Assembly (NCBI GenBank): GCA_030613245.1
Contig: JAUWMI010000008.1
Span: 27,831-91,830 of the forward strand
Length of the DNA stretch: 64,000 nt
Direction of reading: 5' to 3'
Origin: Candidatus Sumerlaeota bacterium
Lineage (GTDB): Bacteria > Sumerlaeota > Sumerlaeia > MWCT01 > JAUWMI01
Shown here: positions 1 to 8,816 of the stretch, piece by piece
Layout: every line of letters starts with the position of its first letter
How positions within the stretch are numbered: the first letter of the stretch is position 1
Program-made: the position numbers and the translations under genes
The notes under the pieces: model-generated
Database searches by the model: none
Told to the model about the DNA's origin: nothing
The model's input: only the letters and a program-made list of their open reading frames with translations

Positions 1-71
1 AACGCAACTTGGCCCAGATCTTTGAATCATCGTAAACCAAATTTGATGGAAGTTAATTTTCACCGTGCGCT

Positions 72-2156
72 TCAGTTCAGGTATCGCCAAAAGACTACCC
101 GTGTCGGCTGTTCATCCGTTGCCAGAATGGCCTTCAGCGCTATAGGATTGGCATTATCCGTAAGCAGACCCTTGGGAGGGGTACTTTTGGAGATGACTGA
201 ACATGATCGCGATTTCACTGTGATGAGTTTTGCCAGATTGATAAAGCTTGCAATTCGTTTGTTCTCGCCCTTGTCGGGCCAGAGGACGTTATTGTATAGC
301 AGGTCGCTGATGTTATTAAAGAAGCTTGGATGAGATGACGTTGATCGCTCAGCCTTAGCCGCTAATGTGCCCTCACGATAACGCATGATGCGTTCTGCGT
401 CTCGCTGGTCAATCCCGGGAAGCGCTTGAAGAACTTCCACTGGTGCGGTATTAATATTTACCTTGCCAAGTACTGGTGGCTTTTTCAGCCTCGGAGAAAT
501 GGACGAAACATTCCGTCTGTGTGTTTCATCGCGTTTTGCCTCAAGTGAGGGCGACTGGCCTGTAAAATTAATCAGAGTAAATAGGTCAATGATTCGGCAG
601 TCCAGCTCCGCATCTGTGCTATTTGAAATCATCGGATATACCCAGCACGTCCCTTGGTGTCCCCCTGCTGGTGCCCACCCGGAAGAGACATACATGACTT
701 CTGCAGGCGACGTGAACGCATGATCTTGCCATTCCTTGGCGAACCTTGTCTCATCCAGATTCTGCGGCGAATAATTTGCATTAAGTGCAAAAGGCATGCA
801 GGATAGTCTTTGCCAGAATCGAACGCGTGGATCATTGCGCTGCAAACTAATATTCGCTCCCCCAAAGACCCCTCCTAGATAATAGAAATAGTCAATTAAA
901 TCGCCTTGCGCATCGTGCAGATATATCGTGCCGCTGGCATTGGGAATGTTCAGTGCCGGCTGTTCAATGATACGTTTCGTTGTACCATTCGGCACTAAGC
1001 CAAAAATGTCGTAAAACGATCCATAGTTTACCATTTGGTCTTCCGGGGTTGGGTCATTCTCCTCATTATAATCATCCGTAACAATAACGAACCCTCTTGG
1101 TGCAATGTTCCCATTGAGATATGCAATAGATCCACCACAATTTAGCTGCCATCCCTCTATGCTGATGGGATGCGAGTACGGATTATACAGCTCAACGTAC
1201 TGCCCATCATCTCCGTCTTCCTCTAGCGTCGGCGAGTCTGGAAAAACCTCGTTGATAGAGGGAGTCTGCTCAATGCCGATTATAGGATGATTAGGATTGC
1301 TTCCTGGGTAGAGCGTAGGAACAGTATCGGGGTCTCGGAAGTCAACGATGTTTGCGGCAAATTGCTTGAGCAGGTCATCGTTTTTGCGTGGGAATCGAGC
1401 GCGAAGGGTAGAATAAATTTCCGATGGAATTGCATGGTTCATGCTACACTTACGCACAAGCTCGGAGCCGTTAAAGTAAGTCTCTTCCGATGCCGAGAAT
1501 ATGGTAAGGCACGGCTCCAGAGCAGCATAGATTTCCGGGGTGAAATTGGGCAGAAGCAGGAGCTCCTCCAAATTGTAAAATGGCTTGTCGTCTCCGTAAG
1601 GAGGGAGGCGCGGATCACCGACGTATTCATCCGGGATATCGGATTTCCCGGGCCTTCCGTCGGCCCCGAGGCGATGGCGAACAATTTCACGTGCCAGCGT
1701 TGAGGCAAGTCCCGAACGGAGGTCATTTTTGTGTAATAGTGATACAAACAGTGCTTCCAGTATCTGCTCATTTGCCGTATTTACGTTAATCTTTGCCGAT
1801 TCGTCAAAGATGTATATTTCTGATAGCGAGCTCTGAAATAGCTGCTTATGCTGCTCAGCAGGCCGAGCCAATTCGCCCGCCTGGGAGTACAAGAACCCGT
1901 TAGGGTGGGCCCATTCCTGTATCAGACTTGTATACTTGACCTCCTGGTTGAAGAGAGCTGCGGCGCGAGCGACACCGGTTGCCGCGCCCATGCGCGACTG
2001 AATGCCTTCAGAGAAATTGCTAGCCGCTATGATCTCCAGCCGTGAGGTGAACGACAGAGTGGTCGCAATGAGCACCAGAAGCGAGAGAATTGCAATCACG
2101 ATGATAAACGTTGACCCTCGATTTGGTCGTCCTCTATATAAGCAATGGTTCATCAT
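72..2156 (-). CDS. GspK/PilX-like minor pseudopilin carrying an inserted lamin-tail (LTD) domain
   Basis: 694-aa ORF. N-terminal NRG|STFIIVIAILSLLVLIATTL pilin-like hydrophobic segment without Glu5, as in GspK. Two helix-hairpin-helix-like motifs (INVNTANEQILEAL; VNINTAPVEVLQALPGIDQRDAERI) typical of GspK. Central DGDDGQYVELYNPYSHPISIEGWQL matches the LTD consensus. Last gene of an H-I-J-K series; ATGA 4-nt overlap with the upstream gene. Confidence 0.7.
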   Translation of the reverse strand: MMNHCLYRGRPNRGSTFIIVIAILSLLVLIATTLSFTSRLEIIAASNFSEGIQSRMGAATGVARAAALFNQEVKYTSLIQEWAHPNGFLYSQAGELARPAEQHKQLFQSSLSEIYIFDESAKINVNTANEQILEALFVSLLHKNDLRSGLASTLAREIVRHRLGADGRPGKSDIPDEYVGDPRLPPYGDDKPFYNLEELLLLPNFTPEIYAALEPCLTIFSASEETYFNGSELVRKCSMNHAIPSEIYSTLRARFPRKNDDLLKQFAANIVDFRDPDTVPTLYPGSNPNHPIIGIEQTPSINEVFPDSPTLEEDGDDGQYVELYNPYSHPISIEGWQLNCGGSIAYLNGNIAPRGFVIVTDDYNEENDPTPEDQMVNYGSFYDIFGLVPNGTTKRIIEQPALNIPNASGTIYLHDAQGDLIDYFYYLGGVFGGANISLQRNDPRVRFWQRLSCMPFALNANYSPQNLDETRFAKEWQDHAFTSPAEVMYVSSGWAPAGGHQGTCWVYPMISNSTDAELDCRIIDLFTLINFTGQSPSLEAKRDETHRRNVSSISPRLKKPPVLGKVNINTAPVEVLQALPGIDQRDAERIMRYREGTLAAKAERSTSSHPSFFNNISDLLYNNVLWPDKGENKRIASFINLAKLITVKSRSCSVISKSTPPKGLLTDNANPIALKAILATDEQPTRVVFWRYLN

Positions 2157-3085
2157 AGGTTCAACAAATGGGTCTGATAGCGCTGGTCTTTTAGCACCTG
2201 CTCAATGTTGACAACCGTCTGAAGCGTAATGGTCTGTACCGGATTGCCCGGTTTATACTGTTCGATCGGCTTCGGATCCGCATAAACCGACACTGCCAGA
2301 AAAACCGCAATAGGCAGCTCGATGCCAGGTTGCACGAAACGTGGCGCATCGAATGAGTTCCAGGTTGTGGTCCAATCTGGCGGAATGCGGTTCGGATCCC
2401 AATAGAGTAAATAGAGCGACATCACATTGAAGGCGAGGGGTGCTACCTCTACTGTCCTATTTGGGGATGATGGGTTGTGAACAATACGGCGTAAAAGGAC
2501 ATGCTGTTCGCCTTCAAATGTTCCGACCTCGAATGTAATCAGATCGTCACGCCTAAGGGGATTATTCGGATCAGGGAAAATCCGAAACGTCAGCCGATCA
2601 AGGTCGAATTTGCAGTCCTCGTCAACGTGACTATCTCCCAGGTCAGGAGTATTAACAAAGAATTGCCGCTCAAAGAGGCCGCCTACCACAGCATGGCGAT
2701 CATCACGTGTTGGATTCCAGTCTGGGCCAGTATAATCATCATCACGTCCGTTGAAGAGCTCTTCGTCAATCACTCCATCTCCGTCATCATCAAGCCCGTT
2801 GCCATAGGCCAAAATATAATCTTCACCCACGAAGTGCTGCAACGGCTGGCGTGGATCAATGCGGGCCGCCTTGATGTCAATAGCCATCATTTCCAGTGCC
2901 GCGCGGGCATTGTTGACAGCCTCCAATTTCGTCTCTGCAAGATTAGTAGCCCGCAAAATCTGAATAAACGCCGCTACCACGCCACCCATAAACGCCATCG
3001 CGACTGCCACAGCAACCAGGAGCTCCAGCAAGGTCATCCCTCTGGTTCTGGGATACTTTTGAGCCATGTGCACATTGCTTCTCAT
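2153..3085 (-). CDS. GspJ/PilW-like minor pseudopilin
   Basis: Class III prepilin signal KYPRTRG|MTLLELLVAVAVAMAF. The ORF track extends to 3232, but that would give a >50-aa leader. ATG at 3083-3085 (MRSNVHMAQ...) or 3065-3067 (MAQKYPRTRG) is more plausible. 4-nt overlap with the downstream gspK-like gene. Confidence 0.6.
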   Translation of the reverse strand: MRSNVHMAQKYPRTRGMTLLELLVAVAVAMAFMGGVVAAFIQILRATNLAETKLEAVNNARAALEMMAIDIKAARIDPRQPLQHFVGEDYILAYGNGLDDDGDGVIDEELFNGRDDDYTGPDWNPTRDDRHAVVGGLFERQFFVNTPDLGDSHVDEDCKFDLDRLTFRIFPDPNNPLRRDDLITFEVGTFEGEQHVLLRRIVHNPSSPNRTVEVAPLAFNVMSLYLLYWDPNRIPPDWTTTWNSFDAPRFVQPGIELPIAVFLAVSVYADPKPIEQYKPGNPVQTITLQTVVNIEQVLKDQRYQTHLLNL

Positions 3086-3231
3086 AGGCTGCAGGTTGTC
3101 TGTTTTTCGGGGCGTCGCCTTGCCCGTTAGATTATTTATGCCTAAAACATCAGGCCGAAAGCTACCATTGGATTTAAATTGCTGATTACTTTTACACAGT
3201 AACCGACAAACGGACAAATAGTAGTTCTGCA

Positions 3232-3687
3232 TTATTCATCAAAGCGCAGTTCATAAATGATATTCTGGCTGCTTTTAAAGCTTCTATGGTACCGAATGAT
3301 AATTCGTGCAACGCCGACGTCGTCCCGAGGGTCGCCAGGATCGTCCTCTGTATCAATCAACGACACGCCGCAGAATGAATAGGCCAGATGAGGGCTTTGT
3401 GGAAATTGAATGGGCTCGGTTGGTGTGCGTAGAATACGCAGCTGTTGAATGAAATTATGGCGTGGAGAATTATCACGCCGAATTTCCTCTGCTTTCTGGT
3501 GTGCTAACAGGGCAGCTTCCGACAATACCGCCGCATCATTATTGGCTTTCAGACTCAGAGGGAAGAAGTTGACGATGGCAATAATTCCCGCCAGCAGGAT
3601 AGCAAGGCTGACCAGCACTTCGAGGAGAGAGTATGCGCGCTGGATGGCCCGTCGGGGACTTCGACGCATTATCAAGCCCCCCTTCAT
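3232..3687 (-). CDS. GspI-like minor pseudopilin
   Basis: 151 aa. N-terminal RRAIQRA|YSLLEVLVSLAILLAGI prepilin-like motif with Glu5. Size and position (between H-like and J-like) fit GspI. Note Ala rather than Gly at position -1. Confidence 0.6.
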   Translation of the reverse strand: MKGGLIMRRSPRRAIQRAYSLLEVLVSLAILLAGIIAIVNFFPLSLKANNDAAVLSEAALLAHQKAEEIRRDNSPRHNFIQQLRILRTPTEPIQFPQSPHLAYSFCGVSLIDTEDDPGDPRDDVGVARIIIRYHRSFKSSQNIIYELRFDE

Positions 3688-4211
3688 CTACGGGCATCCG
3701 GATAGATACGAGATTTGGCTGTTGAGGAGTAGAGCCTTATGGTGTAGTAATTCTCCCCAACTGCAGTATCTTCGCTTTCGCGGATGAGATGCACTGTTGC
3801 GTAGTCCGAGGTTCCATTGGGACGAAACAGAATGTGCACAACCCCCGAAGTCTCGGTTTTTGAATTCACCGTGACATCGGTAATTCTGACAAAATCAGTT
3901 AACAGCTTAGGTGTGGTGATTTTTGGCTCGCTAATGTTAAAGAGGTAGTTAACCTTGTCAATCCAGATGCGTCGATTGGTGATATCAATTGTCGCCTGAA
4001 AGTAACCATTCTGCTCAATTGCCTTATTGCGAGCAGTAGAAAACAAAGTGTTTATCTCTCGTGCGGAGCTCTTCAGACGAAGGCTTTTGCGATAGGTACC
4101 GTATGACAGGATGGCAAGGGTGGAGAAGATGGAAAGAATAATAAGAACAACTAAAAGCTCAAGCAGGCTATACCCCTGCTGCTTTTTTGTAGGCAATCGT
4201 CGCACCCGCAC
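3684..4211 (-). CDS. GspH/FimU-like minor pseudopilin
   Basis: 175 aa. KKQQG|YSLLELLVVLIILSIF prepilin motif. 4-nt overlap with the downstream gspI-like gene. Confidence 0.65.
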   Translation of the reverse strand: MRVRRLPTKKQQGYSLLELLVVLIILSIFSTLAILSYGTYRKSLRLKSSAREINTLFSTARNKAIEQNGYFQATIDITNRRIWIDKVNYLFNISEPKITTPKLLTDFVRITDVTVNSKTETSGVVHILFRPNGTSDYATVHLIRESEDTAVGENYYTIRLYSSTAKSRIYPDARR

Positions 4212-4287
4212 AATTCAATCCCCATCAATAGACCGGACAGAACTATCGTTCCCTTGAACTAAAAACTGCCCATTTTCAGGAACTCTT

Positions 4288-4319
4288 AATTTATGTAACA
4301 TCCCGCCACGAATGTCAAC
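4288..4319 (-). promoter_or_regulatory. Putative sigma70-type internal promoter upstream of gspH-like (minus strand TTGACA-N19-TAAATT)
   Basis: Minus strand reads gtttaagggtttaagTTGACAttcgtggcgggatgttacaTAAATTaagag, about 70 nt upstream of the gspH-like start. It lies in the 177-bp gap after gspF. Same hexamers as the promoter of the LTD gene at 43249. Confidence 0.3.
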
Positions 4320-4388
4320 TTAAACCCTTAAACCCGAATAATCGGGCACCACGAGCGCATTTATACTGACTCAGGGGCCAATTCCTGA

Positions 4389-5624
4389 TTAGTCTCGACC
4401 CAGGATCTTCGGGATCGTAAACAGCGGGAGATAAAGCGCAACCACGATCACGCCGACAATTCCGCCAAGGCATACGATCATCAGCGGCTCAAGGATTGAG
4501 GTAAGGCCATTTATCGTATCATCAACTTCCCTCTCGTATGCCTCTGCAACCTTCGTGAGCATTTGGTCTATCGCACCGGTTTCTTCCCCAACAGCTACCA
4601 TATGGACAACCAGGGGAGGGAAGACTTTGCTATCGCGCAATGGCTCATGAATACTTTCGCCATCCTTCACGCTTGTGTAGACCTTCTCCATAGCCCGCGC
4701 AATGACCTCGTTTCCTGACGTATCGCGCACGATGTCAAGCGCCTGCAAGATAGGCACACCAGCCGTGATAAGCGTTGACAGAGTACCGGCAAAGCGGGTG
4801 ATTGCAATCTTGCGCAGCAGATCCCCGAACACCGGAAAGCGCAGCTTCATCCTGTCAAGCGCGTATTTGCCATTACGGTTTGCATTGATCTTCTTGTATA
4901 TGAAGACTATCGCAACAATGCCAAGGACCACAAGCCATGTCTTATGGACCAGGACATTGCTGGCATCCATCAGGAATTGCGTGAGTGCAGGTAGCTCCGC
5001 ACCCAGCTGGGCAAAGATATCTTCAAACTTTGGAATGATCGTGATCAAGATAAAGGCCACGATACACCCAGCCAAAACCATGACCGTTACAGGATACATC
5101 ATGGCCGAGCGGACCTTGCCGATAAGGGCCTGGCGTTTCTCTAGAAACTCGGCCACCTTGTTCAGGACTGCTTCCAGCACGCCGCCGATCTCACCGGCTC
5201 TCACCATGTTTACGTAGAGATTGTCAAATACTTTGGGGTGCTTCGCCAGCGCATCAGAGAGCGACGCGCCTGCTTCGATATCCTTTGCAATCTGGCCGAT
5301 CTTCTCTTTAAAGACAACGGATTCTACCTGTTCCTGGAGAATGTAGAGACTCCGCAGAATCGGCAACCCCGCGTCAATCAGTGTCGCTAGCTGCCGGGTA
5401 AATGTCATGACATGTTTTGTTTTGATGCGGTGAGCAATATTACGAATAAGGGGAAGCGAAAACAGGTCAATCTCACTGGCCTTCTTCCTATGAGGAACAA
5501 CCTTCAGAGGGTAGTACCCCATTCCGCGAAGTTTTTCGATAATGACGTCTTCGTTGCTGGCGTCAATTACGCCGCGGACTTGCTTGCCCCCCTTATCTAG
5601 GGCTTCATAAAAATATTCTGACAT
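4389..5624 (-). CDS. GspF/PilC-family inner-membrane platform protein
   Basis: 411 aa. Two T2SSF repeats (FTRQLATLIDAGLPILRSL ... FAGTLSTLITAGVPILQAL). Three predicted TM segments. Adjacent to the ATPase gene. Confidence 0.85.
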   Translation of the reverse strand: MSEYFYEALDKGGKQVRGVIDASNEDVIIEKLRGMGYYPLKVVPHRKKASEIDLFSLPLIRNIAHRIKTKHVMTFTRQLATLIDAGLPILRSLYILQEQVESVVFKEKIGQIAKDIEAGASLSDALAKHPKVFDNLYVNMVRAGEIGGVLEAVLNKVAEFLEKRQALIGKVRSAMMYPVTVMVLAGCIVAFILITIIPKFEDIFAQLGAELPALTQFLMDASNVLVHKTWLVVLGIVAIVFIYKKINANRNGKYALDRMKLRFPVFGDLLRKIAITRFAGTLSTLITAGVPILQALDIVRDTSGNEVIARAMEKVYTSVKDGESIHEPLRDSKVFPPLVVHMVAVGEETGAIDQMLTKVAEAYEREVDDTINGLTSILEPLMIVCLGGIVGVIVVALYLPLFTIPKILGRD

Positions 5625-5629
5625 GACCC

Positions 5630-7603
5630 TTACTCCTTCGAAGACCTCGGCGATTTTTGTCCGTCACCGATCTGGTGGGGGCTCGTAGCAGCCTCGTTGT
5701 CCCAGGGTTGCTTTGCAACTGGTTGAGATGGCGCGGGTACTTCTGCCTTGGGCGCTTCTGCGACCTTTTTACCAGACCGCGCCTCTCGGTCGCTCTTTAC
5801 CTTTTTGATGGTTTCTTGAATAATCTGTTCCATTTCCTGCGAGATCTGCTCCTTGGTCTCCCTAGGTGTTTGACGTGCAACTTCCTCGAAAGTTGTCGCC
5901 CCCAGGCAGATTTTCAACCACCCGTCGTTGCGCATCGTTTCCATGCCTTGGTGGACCGCCATCGCATGTATCTGGTCAGTGGTGGCTCTTTGCAGCACCA
6001 GTTCCCGAATCTCTTCGGTCATGATGAGTAGCTCAAAAATCCCCAGCCGGCCCTTATAGCCAGTATATGAGCACTCGTCACACCCATTTCCTTTGTAGAA
6101 CGTAATATCATGGACATCCTTGGATGTAGCGCCGAAGTCTTCAAGCTCTTCGGGCGTCGGTGTATAGGGACGCCTGCAGTTCTGGCAAAGCGTGCGAATA
6201 AGGCGCTGGCCCACAACCGCCTCAAGAGTTGAGGTGATAAGAAATGGCTCAACCCCCATGTCAATAAGCCGGGTGATTGTGGCTGCTCCGCTGTTGGTGT
6301 GCAGTGTACTAAAGACAAGGTGGCCGGTCAGAGAGGCCTGAATGGAGATCTGGGCGGTTTCCAGGTCACGCACTTCACCCACAAGAATGATATCAGGGTC
6401 CTGCCGCACGATATGGCGGAGGCAAATTGCGAAGTTCAATCCAACTTTAGGGTTAATGTTTACCTGGATGATGCCGGGCACTTCGTACTCCACTGGATCC
6501 TCTGTGGTGATGATTTTGCAGCTTGGATCGTTAATTTCGTTAATTGCAGCATAGAGGGTTGTTGTCTTTCCACAGCCCGTGGGACCGGTTACCAGAACTA
6601 TTCCGTTAGGCTTGCGAATCAGTTTCATGAATTTATCCAGTGTCTCTTTTGTCATCCCAAGCTGGGCAATCCCCAACATCATCATTGATTTATCCAATAT
6701 ACGGAACACGATGCTCTCGCCATGGACGGTAGGAATGCTCGAGACACGAAGGTCAATTTCCCGTTCAGAGACGGTCAGACGAATCCGGCCGTCTTGTGGC
6801 ATCCGAGTTTCCGCGATATTCATGTTCGCTAAGACCTTGAGGCGGGAACAGAGACCGAGCTGAAGTGATTTGGGGGGCGATGGAATCTCACGCAGGACTC
6901 CGTCTACCCGGTAGCGAATGCGCAGGATACCCCCGAACGGCTCTACATGAAGGTCGCTAGCACGATCCTTAATCGCCTGGAGTAGAATGAGGTTTACCAG
7001 TCGAATCACCGGTGGCTCATGCGCGATGCGCTCCAAATCACTCAAATCCATTTCGTCAACATCCCGGATCAGCAGCGCTTCTTCGTCTTCCTTATCAAAC
7101 TCCTCAACCATTTTTTCGATGGTTTCATCCCCAATTCCGTAATACCGTTCTACGTATTCCATAATATCATCTTCGCCAGCGACAACAGGCGAAACGTTCT
7201 TATCCAATAAAAGTCTAAGGTCATCAACAATTGTGATATTCAAAGGGTCTGAGATAGCCACGACGATGGTGCCGTCGGGCTCTTCCCTCAGGGGAAAGAC
7301 TTTGTAAGTGCGAGCAATCTCGGCCGGAATGTATTTTAAGATTTTCAAATCCTCAACGGGATACTCGGAAAGGTCAACGTACGGGAGTCCGGCCTGTTCT
7401 GATAGCATTTGCAACATGTCGGTCTTGGCCACGAATTCTGGCCCTGCTTTTTCAGAGGCAAGTCTTGAACCAGCCTCGCCTTTCTCCAAAACACTGCGCC
7501 CAACCGTCTGTTCATGCTTGGCGGCTTCCCCTTTTATGAGTTCTTCCATTTCCTTACGATAGCTTTTAAACCGGCTGTCAGGATTGCTATTAGCCATGAT
7601 CAC
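5630..7603 (-). CDS. GspE-like type II secretion / type IV pilus assembly ATPase with C-terminal low-complexity tail
   Basis: 657 aa. GspE_N-like N-domain. Walker A GPTGCGKTTT. Asp box and His box. Tetracysteine CQNCRRPY...CDEC. About 80-aa K/E/P/A-rich C-terminal tail after the zinc module. Confidence 0.85.
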   Translation of the reverse strand: MIMANSNPDSRFKSYRKEMEELIKGEAAKHEQTVGRSVLEKGEAGSRLASEKAGPEFVAKTDMLQMLSEQAGLPYVDLSEYPVEDLKILKYIPAEIARTYKVFPLREEPDGTIVVAISDPLNITIVDDLRLLLDKNVSPVVAGEDDIMEYVERYYGIGDETIEKMVEEFDKEDEEALLIRDVDEMDLSDLERIAHEPPVIRLVNLILLQAIKDRASDLHVEPFGGILRIRYRVDGVLREIPSPPKSLQLGLCSRLKVLANMNIAETRMPQDGRIRLTVSEREIDLRVSSIPTVHGESIVFRILDKSMMMLGIAQLGMTKETLDKFMKLIRKPNGIVLVTGPTGCGKTTTLYAAINEINDPSCKIITTEDPVEYEVPGIIQVNINPKVGLNFAICLRHIVRQDPDIILVGEVRDLETAQISIQASLTGHLVFSTLHTNSGAATITRLIDMGVEPFLITSTLEAVVGQRLIRTLCQNCRRPYTPTPEELEDFGATSKDVHDITFYKGNGCDECSYTGYKGRLGIFELLIMTEEIRELVLQRATTDQIHAMAVHQGMETMRNDGWLKICLGATTFEEVARQTPRETKEQISQEMEQIIQETIKKVKSDREARSGKKVAEAPKAEVPAPSQPVAKQPWDNEAATSPHQIGDGQKSPRSSKE

Positions 7604-7655
7604 TCACCCATTTCCAGATCTTGAAATCCTTAGTATCGAATTAAGCACCCTGCGT

Positions 7656-8741
7656 TTATGTCGTGACTGCCTCTTGGCGTGCGCCCATGAGTTTGACGCG
7701 CATTTCATCGGGATAATGGGCACGCTCGAGGACTAGCTCGCCCGTGATGTGCCCTTGGCGATAGAGGTTGAGCAAGTAGTCATCGAGCGTAATCATACCG
7801 AGTTTTGCCCCGGTTTGAATAGTAGATACGATGCGGTTCGTCTTGCGTTCCCGGATCAGGTTAGCCACCGCAGGAGTATTGTGCATGATTTCGAATGCCG
7901 CAATTCTACCTTTTCCAGAGGCCCGGGGGAGCAGCGTCTGAGAAATCACGGTTTTCAGGGCCACCGAGAGGATAGAACGAATCTGTTCCTGTTGGTTTAC
8001 AGGAAACGCGTCAATAATGCGGTCCACGGTTTGAGCAGCACCAATAGTATGCAGTGTCGCGAAGACCAGGTGGCCGGTCTCGGCTGCCACAAGCGCGGCT
8101 TCCATTGTTTCCAGGTCGCGCATCTCGCCCACGAGGATCACGTCCGGATCCATTCGCAGAGAACCCCGGAGAGCATATGCAAATGAGGGGGTGTCAATGT
8201 GCAATTCCCGATGTGTAACAATTGCCTTCTTATGGAGATGATAGTATTCAATCGGGTCTTCGACGCTGATGATGTGCACGTAGCGCTCGGCGTTAATGTG
8301 GTCAATCATTGTGGCCAGGGTAGTGGTTTTCCCACTCCCTGTTGGGCCAGTAACCAGCACCATTCCACGGTGAGAATGGAGAATCTCAACGATCGAGTCT
8401 TTGGGCAGTCCGAGTTCTTCCCAGGTGAGGATGCGCGACGGAATCAGCCGCATACTAATCCCGATATTGCCGCGGCTCCGGAACACAGCGCAGCGAAACC
8501 GCGCCAGGTCACTATAAGCATAAGCAAAGTCGGCACTCCCGTGTTCTTGCAACATTTGCTGGTAGCGCGGCGGTGTGATTTCCTTCATAAGGCGCTCGGT
8601 GTCTTCAGGCGTAAGGGTATCGGGATCAATGACATCCAGTATCCCGTGGAGTCGCATGACAGCGGCCTTGGCGACGTGCAGGTGAAGGTCTGAAGCATCG
8701 CGCTCCACGATAATCTTGAGCATCTGATTCATTTCAAGCAT
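7656..8741 (-). CDS. pilT: PilT-family twitching-motility (retraction) ATPase
   Basis: 361 aa. N-terminal ASDLHL motif. Walker A GPTGSGKTTT. Length and lack of a zinc module typical of PilT/PilU. Confidence 0.8.
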   Translation of the reverse strand: MLEMNQMLKIIVERDASDLHLHVAKAAVMRLHGILDVIDPDTLTPEDTERLMKEITPPRYQQMLQEHGSADFAYAYSDLARFRCAVFRSRGNIGISMRLIPSRILTWEELGLPKDSIVEILHSHRGMVLVTGPTGSGKTTTLATMIDHINAERYVHIISVEDPIEYYHLHKKAIVTHRELHIDTPSFAYALRGSLRMDPDVILVGEMRDLETMEAALVAAETGHLVFATLHTIGAAQTVDRIIDAFPVNQQEQIRSILSVALKTVISQTLLPRASGKGRIAAFEIMHNTPAVANLIRERKTNRIVSTIQTGAKLGMITLDDYLLNLYRQGHITGELVLERAHYPDEMRVKLMGARQEAVTT

Positions 8742-8816
8742 ATGCTCTCTCCCCTTACTTCTTTCACGATCGCATACTGGTAACCCGAATTTGATCGGTT
8801 ATCATCGCGTCCTATG

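Noticed and set aside
3086-3232. Upstream extension of the gspJ-like ORF to 3232 (would overlap the gspI stop by 1 nt)
   Set aside because: It would create a >50-residue leader before the G|MTLLELL cleavage site. Prepilin leaders are short, and the internal ATGs give 10-16-aa leaders.
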